Assembly: GCA_019752235.1 (NCBI GenBank)
Contig: JAIEMI010000056.1
Coordinates: forward strand, 12,865 to 76,864
Direction: 5' to 3'
DNA: 64,000 bases
DNA from: Rhodospirillaceae bacterium
Lineage (GTDB): Bacteria > Pseudomonadota > Alphaproteobacteria > Rhodospirillales > Rhodospirillaceae
Part shown: piece by piece, positions 1 through 7,361 of the stretch
Position numbering within the stretch: position 1 is the first letter of the stretch
Layout: the number at the start of each line of letters is the position of its first letter
Program-made: the position numbers and the translations under genes
Notes under the pieces: model-generated
What the model was told of the DNA's origin: nothing
What the model saw: the letters and a program-made list of their open reading frames with translations, nothing else
Database searches by the model: none

Positions 1-498
1 CCCCATGTGACGGTCAGGCAATATGGGAAGAATAACCAGAGTTGCGACCCCAAAAATCAAGCCGTCCCGGAGTTCATAATTAGTAAGGTTCCGCGCAACG
101 AAATGATGCAGCGGCGAGCGTGCGGCCAGAAGCGCGGTAACAGTGACGGCGAGACCCGCGGCGAGCGCGGGTGTTGTTATCGCCAACCCTCCCAAAAGCA
201 CCGTTAGGACAAGCGCGGTTTCGCTTGTGACGCCGATGCCAGCCTCCCGAGTGCGCGCGTAGCCGATGGCGGCCAATACGAATGTTCCCGCCGCCGCAAC
301 GGCTAACAGCATCGCGCCGCCGAGGAAAAACGCGATGGCTCCCGAGAGCGCGACAATTGGAAAAGTGCGCACGCCACCCGGCGTGTAGGCGGCGCGTTGA
401 GACTTTTTGCGTTCGCGCTCGGTGCCGATAAGAAGGCCGATTCCGAGAGCGACGGCAAAGTTCAGTACGTCCGCAGAGTTTAAGTGATGCTCCAACAT
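1..498 (-). CDS. MgtC/SapB-family membrane protein (DUF4010-like), C-terminal part cut by the window edge
   Basis: Absent from the ORF track because there is no stop inside the window. The reverse frame from the ATG at 498-496 stays open to base 1: MLEHHLNSADVLNFAVALGIGLLIGTERERKKSQRAAYTPGGVRTFPIVALSGAIAFFLGG...LPILPDRHMG. It shows the GLLIGxERE and G(V)RTF pattern and serial hydrophobic helices. The track ORF 80..502 is the adjacent frame and reads as Arg-rich junk. Confidence 0.6.
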   Translation of the reverse strand, partial: MLEHHLNSADVLNFAVALGIGLLIGTERERKKSQRAAYTPGGVRTFPIVALSGAIAFFLGGAMLLAVAAAGTFVLAAIGYARTREAGIGVTSETALVLTVLLGGLAITTPALAAGLAVTVTALLAARSPLHHFVARNLTNYELRDGLIFGVATLVILPILPDRHMG

Positions 499-668
499 GC
501 ATTCCTCGTACCTAAGGCATGGCGCAGAATGCCGGCGCGCGGGCGCGGATCAATCGGGGGTTTGTCTTACGTGTTTTTGCGTACGCCGCGATTGACACCG
601 ATCAAACCGCGCCGCGGCCGATAGGCGTAGAGTCTCCTCGTTGAATCTTCCAACGGCGGGGGACCGCG

Positions 669-1085
669 ATGCGTAAAGTTCTTGTGCCCTATGACGGATC
701 GAAACCCGCGTTTCGGGCTTTGGAGTATGTCCAATCGCGGATTAATCGCGGCGAGAAACTTTACGTCGAAATATTGCTCGTCCAACCAGTTATCGCGCCG
801 GTCGATCTTGTCGCCATGGGCGCGGTTTCGGGTTGGCGTGATGACGAGCGGGATGCGATTCTCTGCAAGCCCGCGTTCGTCACTTTAGTGCGCAAGATAG
901 ACGCCAAAACCACAACTCAGTATGGCGATCCAGCCGAGCGCATCGTGGAGTTCGCGCGCAAGAAACATTGCCGCGAGGTAGTCATGGGCACGCGCGGCGT
1001 GGGCCGACTTAAAGGAATTATGCTGGGTTCGGTGGCGACGAAGGTCGTCCAGCTGATCAATGTGCCCGTTACCTTAGTGAAATGA
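669..1085 (+). CDS. universal stress protein (UspA family)
   Basis: 138 aa. It has MRKVLVPYDGS at the N-terminus and VVMGTRGVGRLKGIMLGSVATKVV near the C-terminus, the typical Usp ATP-binding G-x2-G-x9-G(S/T) region. Confidence 0.85.
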   Translation: MRKVLVPYDGSKPAFRALEYVQSRINRGEKLYVEILLVQPVIAPVDLVAMGAVSGWRDDERDAILCKPAFVTLVRKIDAKTTTQYGDPAERIVEFARKKHCREVVMGTRGVGRLKGIMLGSVATKVVQLINVPVTLVK

Positions 1086-1155
1086 AATTCCATACTTCAC
1101 AGGAAAAATCCATGGCCGAGAAAAGCCCGAATTCTCGCAGGACGGGGACCAATCC

Positions 1156-1560
1156 ATGAAGCGCTTATATGCATTAGTTTCGCTTGCCGCCGTCTTCGCC
1201 GTGCCTGCCCGAGCTCAGATTTCCACAGGGGACGCAGCCCACGGATACGTGATCGCAACGGAATTCTGCGCACAATGCCACATCGTCACCGACCCCCAAA
1301 CGCCGCCGCCGACGCTGGGCGTGCCGAGCTTCTTCGATATCGCCAACGATTCCACGACGACCGCCCTAAGTCTGAAGGCTTTTTTTGGAACGCCCCACGA
1401 ACGCATGCCGGACTACATCATGCATCCGTCGGACATCGACGACATCATTGCCTACATCCTTAACCTCCGGGGGCGTGAACGAAGCCTCCCGCCAACGCCG
1501 CCGCCGATTAAGCCGACGCCAAAGCCCCCCCAAACGACGCCGACCGGCGCCGCTTTTTGA
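1156..1560 (+). CDS. monoheme c-type cytochrome with signal peptide and Pro-rich C-terminal tail
   Basis: Signal-like N-terminus MKRLYALVSLAAVFAVPARA, one CxxCH motif (CAQCH), and a tail PPTPPPIKPTPKPPQTTP. Confidence 0.8.
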   Translation: MKRLYALVSLAAVFAVPARAQISTGDAAHGYVIATEFCAQCHIVTDPQTPPPTLGVPSFFDIANDSTTTALSLKAFFGTPHERMPDYIMHPSDIDDIIAYILNLRGRERSLPPTPPPIKPTPKPPQTTPTGAAF

Positions 1561-1635
1561 CGCTTATCAATGCCGGCCCTCGTCCTCATTTCTATTTTGG
1601 CTCGAAAACCACCGCATAATCACGAGTGTTAACTC

Positions 1636-1800
1636 ATGCCGGATACGCCCCTTCATCCCGACAATATTGTTGACGACCCGCGCCTTGCTTCCGTGCCCAC
1701 GGGTGCGTTTGCATTGGCGGGGACCGCCGTTGGCTTGCTGCTTCTGGCATGGCTGGTGGTGTACTTCTTCGTATTTCTCCAGCGCGGGCCGGTGGGCTAA
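1636..1800 (+). CDS. small single-TM protein, cytochrome c oxidase subunit IIa-like (ba3-type oxidases)
   Basis: 54-aa ORF below the track size cut-off: MPDTPLHPDNIVDDPRLASVPTGAFALAGTAVGLLLLAWLVVYFFVFLQRGPVG. It has one TM helix ending in FF..RG, as in Thermus subunit IIa. Its stop lies 3 nt before the subunit II start. Confidence 0.55.
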   Translation: MPDTPLHPDNIVDDPRLASVPTGAFALAGTAVGLLLLAWLVVYFFVFLQRGPVG

Positions 1801-1803
1801 GCG

Positions 1804-2349
1804 ATGGCCGTCGATGAAATCTCCACGGTCCGCAGCGAACGCATCTGGACCTACGCCATGGTCGCCGTCGCGGCGGTCATGCTTGTGGCTATTGTCCATG
1901 CGGGCATTGCTCAGCATTTCGGCACCCCCAGCAACAGCATCGAAACTGTGGATCCCAATACCCTGCATCTGGCCGGTGAATTCGTGAGCGAGAACCTGGG
2001 AACGCGCGTTGGACTGGATGGCAAGATCACGACACGCGTTGTCACGACGCAGTTCGCTTTCGCGCCGGACTGTGTCGTCGTGCCACAGCACATGCAGGTG
2101 ACGCTGCGCGCGGCCAGCCCGGATGTTCTTCACGGCCTGATGATCATGGGGACGAACGTCAACACCATGGTCGTGCCGGGGTATGTAAGCCAGGTTCATA
2201 CGGTGTTCGACAAAACCGGCGAGATGCTGATGCCGTGTCATGAGTTTTGCGGTCTCGGCCACAGCCAGATGGTCGCGCGCGTGCGCGTCGTGCCGCTCGA
2301 AGACTTCCAGCCGGATGAGCAGGGGAGAGTAAGCTGTGCCGACCGCTAA
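1804..2349 (+). CDS. cbaB: ba3-type cytochrome c oxidase subunit II (CuA)
   Basis: 181 aa with a single N-terminal TM. CuA ligand motif: MPCHEFCGLGHSQM. Short length is typical of B-family oxidases. Confidence 0.85.
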   Translation: MAVDEISTVRSERIWTYAMVAVAAVMLVAIVHAGIAQHFGTPSNSIETVDPNTLHLAGEFVSENLGTRVGLDGKITTRVVTTQFAFAPDCVVVPQHMQVTLRAASPDVLHGLMIMGTNVNTMVVPGYVSQVHTVFDKTGEMLMPCHEFCGLGHSQMVARVRVVPLEDFQPDEQGRVSCADR

Positions 2350-3967
2350 TCGCCTCGTTCTCGCGCATATCTGGACGGCCTTTGCCGCCTTTGGCGTCGC
2401 AATCGTGCTGGGGCTCTGGCAGATGTGGGTACGCAGTCCGTTGGCCGCGCCGTTGTCCTCGGCCGAAAATTATTTCATTTCGGTCACGGCCCATGGTTCC
2501 GCCATGGCTTACGTCCTCACCACGTTCTTCATCATGGGTTTCGGCTACTTTGTAGCGGAATCGGCCCTCAAAACGCCGCTTCCGTATCGCGGCTTGGGAT
2601 GGTTCGGTTTCATTTTGGGCATTTTGGGCACCGTGCTGGTCGTCGCCACGGTGTTGACCGGCAAAGCCACGGTAATGTTCACGTTCTATCCGCCACTGAC
2701 GGCGACGCCCTGGTTCTATCTCGGCCTCGTGATGGTCGTGGTCGGATCGTGGGTCTGGTGCGCCCTGATGCTTGTCGCCATGGCGCGGTGGAAAAAAACT
2801 CATCCGGGTCAGGCTGTCCCGTTGGCGATGTACGCAACCACCGCCAATGCCGTGCTTTGGCTGTGGACCACGATCGGCGTTGCCGCGGAATTGTTGCTGG
2901 TGGTTATTCCGGCCGCTTTCGGCTGGACTCGGGCCGTCGACGTCGGGCTCACCCGAACCCTGTTCTCCTGGACTCTGCACGCGATCGTCTACTTCTGGCT
3001 GATCCCCGCCTATATCGCCTTCTACACCATGGCGCCCCAGGCGGCGGGGGGGCGGCTGTTCAGCGACACCATGGCGCGTATCAGCTTCATTCTGTTCCTG
3101 CTCTGCGGCCTGCCCGTGGGCCTACACCACCTGTTCATGGATCCCGAGCATTCCAGTGGTTTCAAGATGGTGCAGATGATGTTGACGGTGCTGGTCGCCG
3201 TGCCGACGTTGCTGACAGTTTTCACCGTGACGGCCTCCCTGGAAACTGCCGGCCGGTTGAACGGGGGCAGGGGGCTTCTCGGGTGGGTGGCGGCACTGCC
3301 GTGGAAACGGCCGATGGTGCTGGCGACCGGTCTGTCCTTCTTCATGCTGTGGTTCGGCGGGTTCGGCGGCCTTATCAACATGAGCTACGGCATGAACGCC
3401 ATGGTGCACAACACCTCCTGGGTCACCGCTCACTTCCATATGATCTTCGGCGGCAGCGTCGTCATCATGTATTTCGCCATCGCCTACGAAATCTGGCCGC
3501 AACTGACGGGACGATCGCCGACATCCCTCGCGCTTCAGCGCGCACAATTGTGGCTGTGGGCCGTGGGCATGATGGTTCTCAGCCTGCCTTGGCACTGGCT
3601 GGGCTTGCAGGGCCAATGGCGCCGTGTCGCGCATTTCGACTATAGCGATCCCGCCATTGCCTGGTGGGCGCCGTGGATGATCGCCTCATTGATCGGGGGA
3701 GCTATGCTCGTGGTCAGCGCTGCGATGTTTATCGGCAACCTCATCACCTTCCATCTCAAACTACAAGCCGCGCCGCCCGTGCGGCCCATGCACTACGCCG
3801 TTGCTCTGCATCCTGGGGCACGTTTGCCGTCCGCATTGAACGGTTTCACGCTGTGGAACGTATTCGTGTTGATTCTTATGGCGGCGGCCTACACGTACCC
3901 AATCGTTCAGTCTTTCATCATCAACCCTCCGCATGCCGTGGTGCATCGTGTCGACCGAGCACAATAA
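2336..3967 (+). CDS. cbaA: ba3-type (B-family) cytochrome c oxidase subunit I
   Basis: 543 aa and polytopic. Haem/CuB histidine regions: WTLHAIVYFW, GLHHLFMDPEHS, WVTAHFHMIFGG. GTG start with an AGGGGAGAG RBS, overlapping the subunit II end. Confidence 0.9.
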   Translation: MPTANRLVLAHIWTAFAAFGVAIVLGLWQMWVRSPLAAPLSSAENYFISVTAHGSAMAYVLTTFFIMGFGYFVAESALKTPLPYRGLGWFGFILGILGTVLVVATVLTGKATVMFTFYPPLTATPWFYLGLVMVVVGSWVWCALMLVAMARWKKTHPGQAVPLAMYATTANAVLWLWTTIGVAAELLLVVIPAAFGWTRAVDVGLTRTLFSWTLHAIVYFWLIPAYIAFYTMAPQAAGGRLFSDTMARISFILFLLCGLPVGLHHLFMDPEHSSGFKMVQMMLTVLVAVPTLLTVFTVTASLETAGRLNGGRGLLGWVAALPWKRPMVLATGLSFFMLWFGGFGGLINMSYGMNAMVHNTSWVTAHFHMIFGGSVVIMYFAIAYEIWPQLTGRSPTSLALQRAQLWLWAVGMMVLSLPWHWLGLQGQWRRVAHFDYSDPAIAWWAPWMIASLIGGAMLVVSAAMFIGNLITFHLKLQAAPPVRPMHYAVALHPGARLPSALNGFTLWNVFVLILMAAAYTYPIVQSFIINPPHAVVHRVDRAQ

Positions 3968-3968
3968 C

Positions 3969-4784
3969 ATGGAACGTCCCAAGCCCGATGAAACGGCCGA
4001 CCGCGCTTTCACGGTCAAGGTAACGGCGGGAGTCATCGCTATTGCCGTGGCGATCTGGGCGGTGACCTTCCTGGTATTGCCGGTTATAGACGTCAGAAAC
4101 GCGGGTATCGATTCCTGGACGGCGATTTGCCGCGCGATTGGCATCGGTTCGCCATCGCCGCCGTCATCGCCTTCGGCGCCAACCGTTCCGGTTTCCAAGG
4201 TCGCCTGGACAGACCTCACAATGGACCTTCTGGCCGCGGGCGATTCAACGCGCGGGGAGGCGATGGCACAAGAAACCTGCCAAGCCTGCCATATTCCGAA
4301 TGGACTGACGGCCGATCCGGAAACAATACCATCCATCACCGGGCTTTCCCCGCGGGCGCTCTTCAAGCAGTTGCGTGATATGCGCGACGGCCAACGCCCC
4401 AGCGACGTCATGTCTCCCATGATCGCTGACATGACGGATCGGCAATTCGCCGACGTGGTCGCCTATTACGGCAGCCTGCCTATGCGCAACAGCCACCTCC
4501 GCAATCTGAAAGAACCCACCGCCGCCGCCATGACGTTGGCGACCAAAGGCGATACCGCCAGGGCGCTTCCCGCCTGCGATTCGTGCCACGCAGCGACGGC
4601 AGGCGGACCGCTGGAGGCGCCGACGCTGACGGGACAATACCCCGTGTATGTCGCCGCGCAATTGAAAGCCTACGCCGGCGCTTCACGTAACAACGACATC
4701 TACGGCCGGATGCGTGGGGTCGCCCAGAAATTGACAGACAGTGAGATCGCGGATTTGGCGGCTTACTACAATGCTCCGCAATGA
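3969..4784 (+). CDS. membrane-anchored diheme c-type cytochrome (c4-like)
   Basis: Two CxxCH motifs (CQACH, CDSCH) and an N-terminal TM helix VIAIAVAIWAVTFLVLPVI. I prefer the ATG at 3969 (2 nt after the subunit I stop) to the track start at 3933. Confidence 0.8.
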   Translation: MERPKPDETADRAFTVKVTAGVIAIAVAIWAVTFLVLPVIDVRNAGIDSWTAICRAIGIGSPSPPSSPSAPTVPVSKVAWTDLTMDLLAAGDSTRGEAMAQETCQACHIPNGLTADPETIPSITGLSPRALFKQLRDMRDGQRPSDVMSPMIADMTDRQFADVVAYYGSLPMRNSHLRNLKEPTAAAMTLATKGDTARALPACDSCHAATAGGPLEAPTLTGQYPVYVAAQLKAYAGASRNNDIYGRMRGVAQKLTDSEIADLAAYYNAPQ

Positions 4785-4883
4785 AGCACCGCTCGTCCTG
4801 ATAAAAATTTGATCCACGTCAATGGCCGCCTCGCCGTTGCCTGTGAAGGTCTTCATAAGAATCACACCCATTGGGAGATAGTT

Positions 4884-5270
4884 ATGCCGAATCTGCTTGA
4901 TCGTCTTGGAGGAGAGTCCGCCGTAAACGCAGTTGTCGATAAATTCTACGACAAGGTGTTTTCGGACCAGACGTTGGCGCCGTTTTTCGCCAATACTGAC
5001 TTTGCCAAGCAACGGGTTCGGCAGAAACGATTCTTGATCCAACTTATGTCCGGCCAATCCAAGGATCCCGCGACGTACATGCGCAACGCTCATCGGAAAT
5101 ACGTCGATGAAATGGGACTTAACGACTCCCACTTCGACATTGTCGCGGGGCATCTCGTTACGACGCTGCGCGAATTTAAGGTCTCCGATACTCTCATCGC
5201 CGAAGTGGGGAGTGCGCTCGAAAGCCTTCGTGGAGCGGTGTTGAACCGGGTCAGCGAGAACGCCGCTTAG
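4884..5270 (+). CDS. glbN: group 1 truncated haemoglobin
   Basis: MPNLLDRLGGESAVNAVVDKFYDKVFSDQTLAPFF...RNAHRKY...GLNDSHFDIVAGHLVTTL is the 2-on-2 globin pattern. The ATG at 4884 follows a GGGAGA RBS, so the track start at 4809 is probably too far upstream. Confidence 0.8.
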   Translation: MPNLLDRLGGESAVNAVVDKFYDKVFSDQTLAPFFANTDFAKQRVRQKRFLIQLMSGQSKDPATYMRNAHRKYVDEMGLNDSHFDIVAGHLVTTLREFKVSDTLIAEVGSALESLRGAVLNRVSENAA

Positions 5271-5320
5271 GTAGTACTTCGTCGGCAGCCCGGCGAGGTG
5301 GGCTACCAAGTAAACAAAAA

Positions 5321-5354
5321 CGGCCAGCTATCTTGTTGATAGCTGGCCGTTTTT
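5321..5354. terminator. bidirectional intrinsic terminator
   Basis: A 12-bp perfect stem (cggccagctatc / gatagctggccg) with a 5-nt loop. An A-run (5316-5320) lies on one side and TTTTT (5350-5354) on the other. It sits between glbN and the tRNA fragment. Confidence 0.75.
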
Positions 5355-5381
5355 CATTCGGGATGTTCTGGGCTTTGTAGA

Positions 5382-5426
5382 TGGTCGGAGCGAGAGGATT
5401 TGAACCTCCGGCCCCTGCCTCCCGAA
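5382..5426 (-). tRNA. partial tRNA-Pro(CGG): 3' half only, from the anticodon loop to CCA; probable island att site
   Basis: The reverse complement reads TTCGGGA-GGCAG-GGGCC-GGAGGTTCAAATCCTCT-CGCTCCG-A-CCA. That is the anticodon loop with CGG, the 3' anticodon stem, the variable loop, the T arm, the 3' acceptor strand with G72 (the C1-G72 pair typical of bacterial tRNA-Pro), the discriminator A, and CCA. Sequence 5' of the loop (GCGAG) cannot pair with GGCAG, and there is no D arm or 5' acceptor strand. Confidence 0.6.
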
Positions 5427-5504
5427 CTCGCGGACCTACCTGAGATTCCGTTATTGTTCTCGCTTTGTAGTACCGTTGTTTACGGTGTTTTGCACTCATT
5501 TCCT

Positions 5505-5534
5505 ATCGTAGCGAGGGGGCCCCCTCGCTACGAT
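5505..5534. repeat. perfect 30-nt palindrome between the integrase stop and the tRNA fragment
   Basis: atcgtagcgaggggg / ccccctcgctacgat are 15-nt arms with no spacer. It could be the integrase terminator or a recombination or protein-binding site. Confidence 0.6.
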
Positions 5535-5541
5535 TTGGGGG

Positions 5542-6675
5542 TCAGCGCCAGGCCTCCTTGGCCTCCTTCAGATAGTCAGGATGATGATGCGCATAGGTTT
5601 TGCGGAACATCTCCTCGCTCATACCCGCCCATTCCGCCGCCTGCCAAATCGGCACGCCTTTTTGCATCATCCAGGTGCACCCCGTGTGTCTGAGTGTATG
5701 GCGGACAACGTCCTTAAGGCCCTGCGCCGGCTCGCCAGCGCGCTTGGCCTTCCCACCCACGTCTGCATTGCGGCAGGCCGTCCTAAAGGAGCGCTTGATG
5801 GCGGTCACCGGTTTGCCTCCCACCTCGATGGCATGCGTATGGGTGCGCTTCCTGACGTATCTGAGATGCATCAAGAGCCGATGGGGGATGGGGATGATAC
5901 TGCGCCTCTTCTTGGTCCGCGGCCGCCCGACTGCGTTGAAATCGATAATCCCACGCTCAAGGTCGATCCAGCCGCCCGTAGTGTTGGGCCGCCACTGCAG
6001 GGTCAACACCGCTTCCAGGCGGTGAACGCTATAAGTGGCCAGCAGAAAAAATGTTGGCAGGTGCTTACGCGCTTTGGGCTCACGGCGCGCGGCCCGGATG
6101 AGGGCCGCAAGCTCGTTGCGCGTCAGCCATCGCTCACGCCCTGGGGTCTTCTCCGGCAGCCACACACCGGGATAGGACGTGAGATATCCCTCGCGGTGAC
6201 AGTGCTTGAAGGCGGCATTCAAAGTTCCAAGCTCCTTGCGGATGGTCGCAGGGGCGATGGGTTTAGAATTAGGCTTGTTGTTTCCGGGCTGGCGCTTGCG
6301 CTGGCGCATGTAAGCGCGGCACGTTTCACCGCGTACCGCAGAGATTGGGGAATCGCCCCAAAACGAAATGAGCGCGTCGATCGCGTGACCGATCCGCGCG
6401 GGATCGCTCGTCTGTGGCCCATGTTCGGCGCCGTAGTAATCCAGCGCCTGGCGGATGGTCATACGCTCCGGTGATAGCGGCCCGACAGGCCGGCTCCGAG
6501 CAACTTGAAGCGCGGCTCGCGCGGCTTCAGCTTCTTCAATCGCTGCGCTATCGGTGAGGCCGGTGGCGTGCTCTCGCTGGGTACCTTTCTCGTACCAGTA
6601 AATGGTCCACTGCTTTTCCTGGTAGCCTCTCGGTGTATAGAATCCGAGCTGATAGCCTCGGTTGGGGCGCGGCAT
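5542..6675 (-). CDS. tyrosine-type site-specific integrase
   Basis: C-terminal catalytic signature: HTLRHTGCTWMMQKGVPIWQAAEWAGMSEEMFRKTYAHH (HxxR ... Y). It is adjacent to the tRNA fragment. The start is uncertain: 6675 or the internal ATG at 6462 (see findings). Confidence 0.9.
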   Translation of the reverse strand: MPRPNRGYQLGFYTPRGYQEKQWTIYWYEKGTQREHATGLTDSAAIEEAEAARAALQVARSRPVGPLSPERMTIRQALDYYGAEHGPQTSDPARIGHAIDALISFWGDSPISAVRGETCRAYMRQRKRQPGNNKPNSKPIAPATIRKELGTLNAAFKHCHREGYLTSYPGVWLPEKTPGRERWLTRNELAALIRAARREPKARKHLPTFFLLATYSVHRLEAVLTLQWRPNTTGGWIDLERGIIDFNAVGRPRTKKRRSIIPIPHRLLMHLRYVRKRTHTHAIEVGGKPVTAIKRSFRTACRNADVGGKAKRAGEPAQGLKDVVRHTLRHTGCTWMMQKGVPIWQAAEWAGMSEEMFRKTYAHHHPDYLKEAKEAWR

Positions 6676-6869
6676 TGTGTCCTCGTTGCAAGATAACTCG
6701 CGAGTTCATCACGTGACACCATGAGGTTCTTGCCGATGCGCTGTGCCGTCAAGAATCCAGAGCGCGAAGCGTTGTAGAGAGTTCGCGCTGTGACTGCTTC
6801 GCCCGTGGGATCAATCAGCCTTGCCGCGGCAGCTAAGGTGAGGCGCTCGAAAACCGGGTCTGACATCAA
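6459..6869 (-). CDS. excisionase-family / MerR-like helix-turn-helix protein
   Basis: The N-terminal 60 aa (LTLAAAARLIDPTGEAVTARTLYNASRSGFLTAQRIGKNLMVSRDELASYL) looks like a phage excisionase-type HTH. The remaining 75 aa are low-complexity and overlap the integrase N-terminus in another frame. Confidence 0.55.
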   Translation of the reverse strand: MMSDPVFERLTLAAAARLIDPTGEAVTARTLYNASRSGFLTAQRIGKNLMVSRDELASYLATRTQCRAPTEAISSDSIHREATRKSSGPFTGTRKVPSESTPPASPIAQRLKKLKPREPRFKLLGAGLSGRYHRSV

Positions 6870-7075
6870 ACACCTTCACCGCGCTACCACTGACAAAGGA
6901 AAGGACGTGAGAGGTTTTCAGTACGCGCACGGCAAGCGACCGTCAACAAATTATTGATTATAATACAATGAGTTATGTGTACATCTGCGTACGGGAGCAA
7001 ACATCTATGAACCGCTGCGATTGAGAATATTTGTCGAATAAATAAAGTCGTGTTTTCTCTGACCTAACCACGCGA

Positions 7076-7150
7076 CTCACGTGTTCTGGAGCATCCCATT
7101 TGAAGGTGTCATCGGTAAAGATCCACGATCTGGAAGCGCGTTAGGGCGTT
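7076..7150 (-). pseudogene. decayed fragment of a second copy of the glycosyltransferase-like gene (paralogue of 9639..10409)
   Basis: Nucleotide similarity to 9955-10075 is clear by eye: ggagcatcccatttgaaggtgtcatcggtaaag vs ggcgcatcccatcttaaggtgttatcggtaaaag, and gatctggaagcgcgtta vs aatctggaagcgcgtta. An internal deletion separates them. The fragment translates to NALTRFQIVD and FTDDTFKWDAPEH in two different frames, against NALTRFQIVG...FTDNTLRWDAPEH in the intact gene. Weaker similarity extends to about 7010-7215. Confidence 0.6.
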
Positions 7151-7361
7151 ATTGTTCAAGGCACAATCCCCGTCGAAGAGAACGTTCTCAGTTGAATAAG
7201 AAATATTTCAGAGATATCGAGGAATGCGTGCATACGGTGTCGGATTAATCCGAAGAACTAGCGCCCAGGGCGACAGCATTTCTGATTTAGCATTGTCCAA
7301 TAGGGGACAAGGTCCGGGCGGAGAGGGTGCCAAAGCTAGCGCCGATCCGTCATGAGCGAGG

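Noticed and set aside
80-502. Track ORF of 140 aa on the minus strand at the window start
   Set aside because: Its translation is Arg/Cys/His-rich and not protein-like. The neighbouring frame (ATG at 498, open to base 1) gives a convincing MgtC/SapB-type membrane protein, so this ORF is a shadow frame.
1567-3645. Long ORFs antisense to, or out of frame with, the oxidase genes (1567..2262, 2159..2980, 2425..3645, 3122..3634 and 3761..4432 nearby)
   Set aside because: They overlap strongly supported cytochrome oxidase and cytochrome c genes. Their composition is Arg/Gly/His/Pro-rich low complexity, as expected for GC-rich shadow frames.
5581-6474. 297-aa plus-strand ORF opposite integrase 1
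   Set aside because: It is antisense to a gene with clear tyrosine-recombinase catalytic motifs and has no recognisable features of its own.
6870-6900. gcgctacca string resembling the complement of a tRNA D-arm
   Set aside because: No acceptor, anticodon or T arm can be built around it. It sits in the RBS/leader of the HTH gene.
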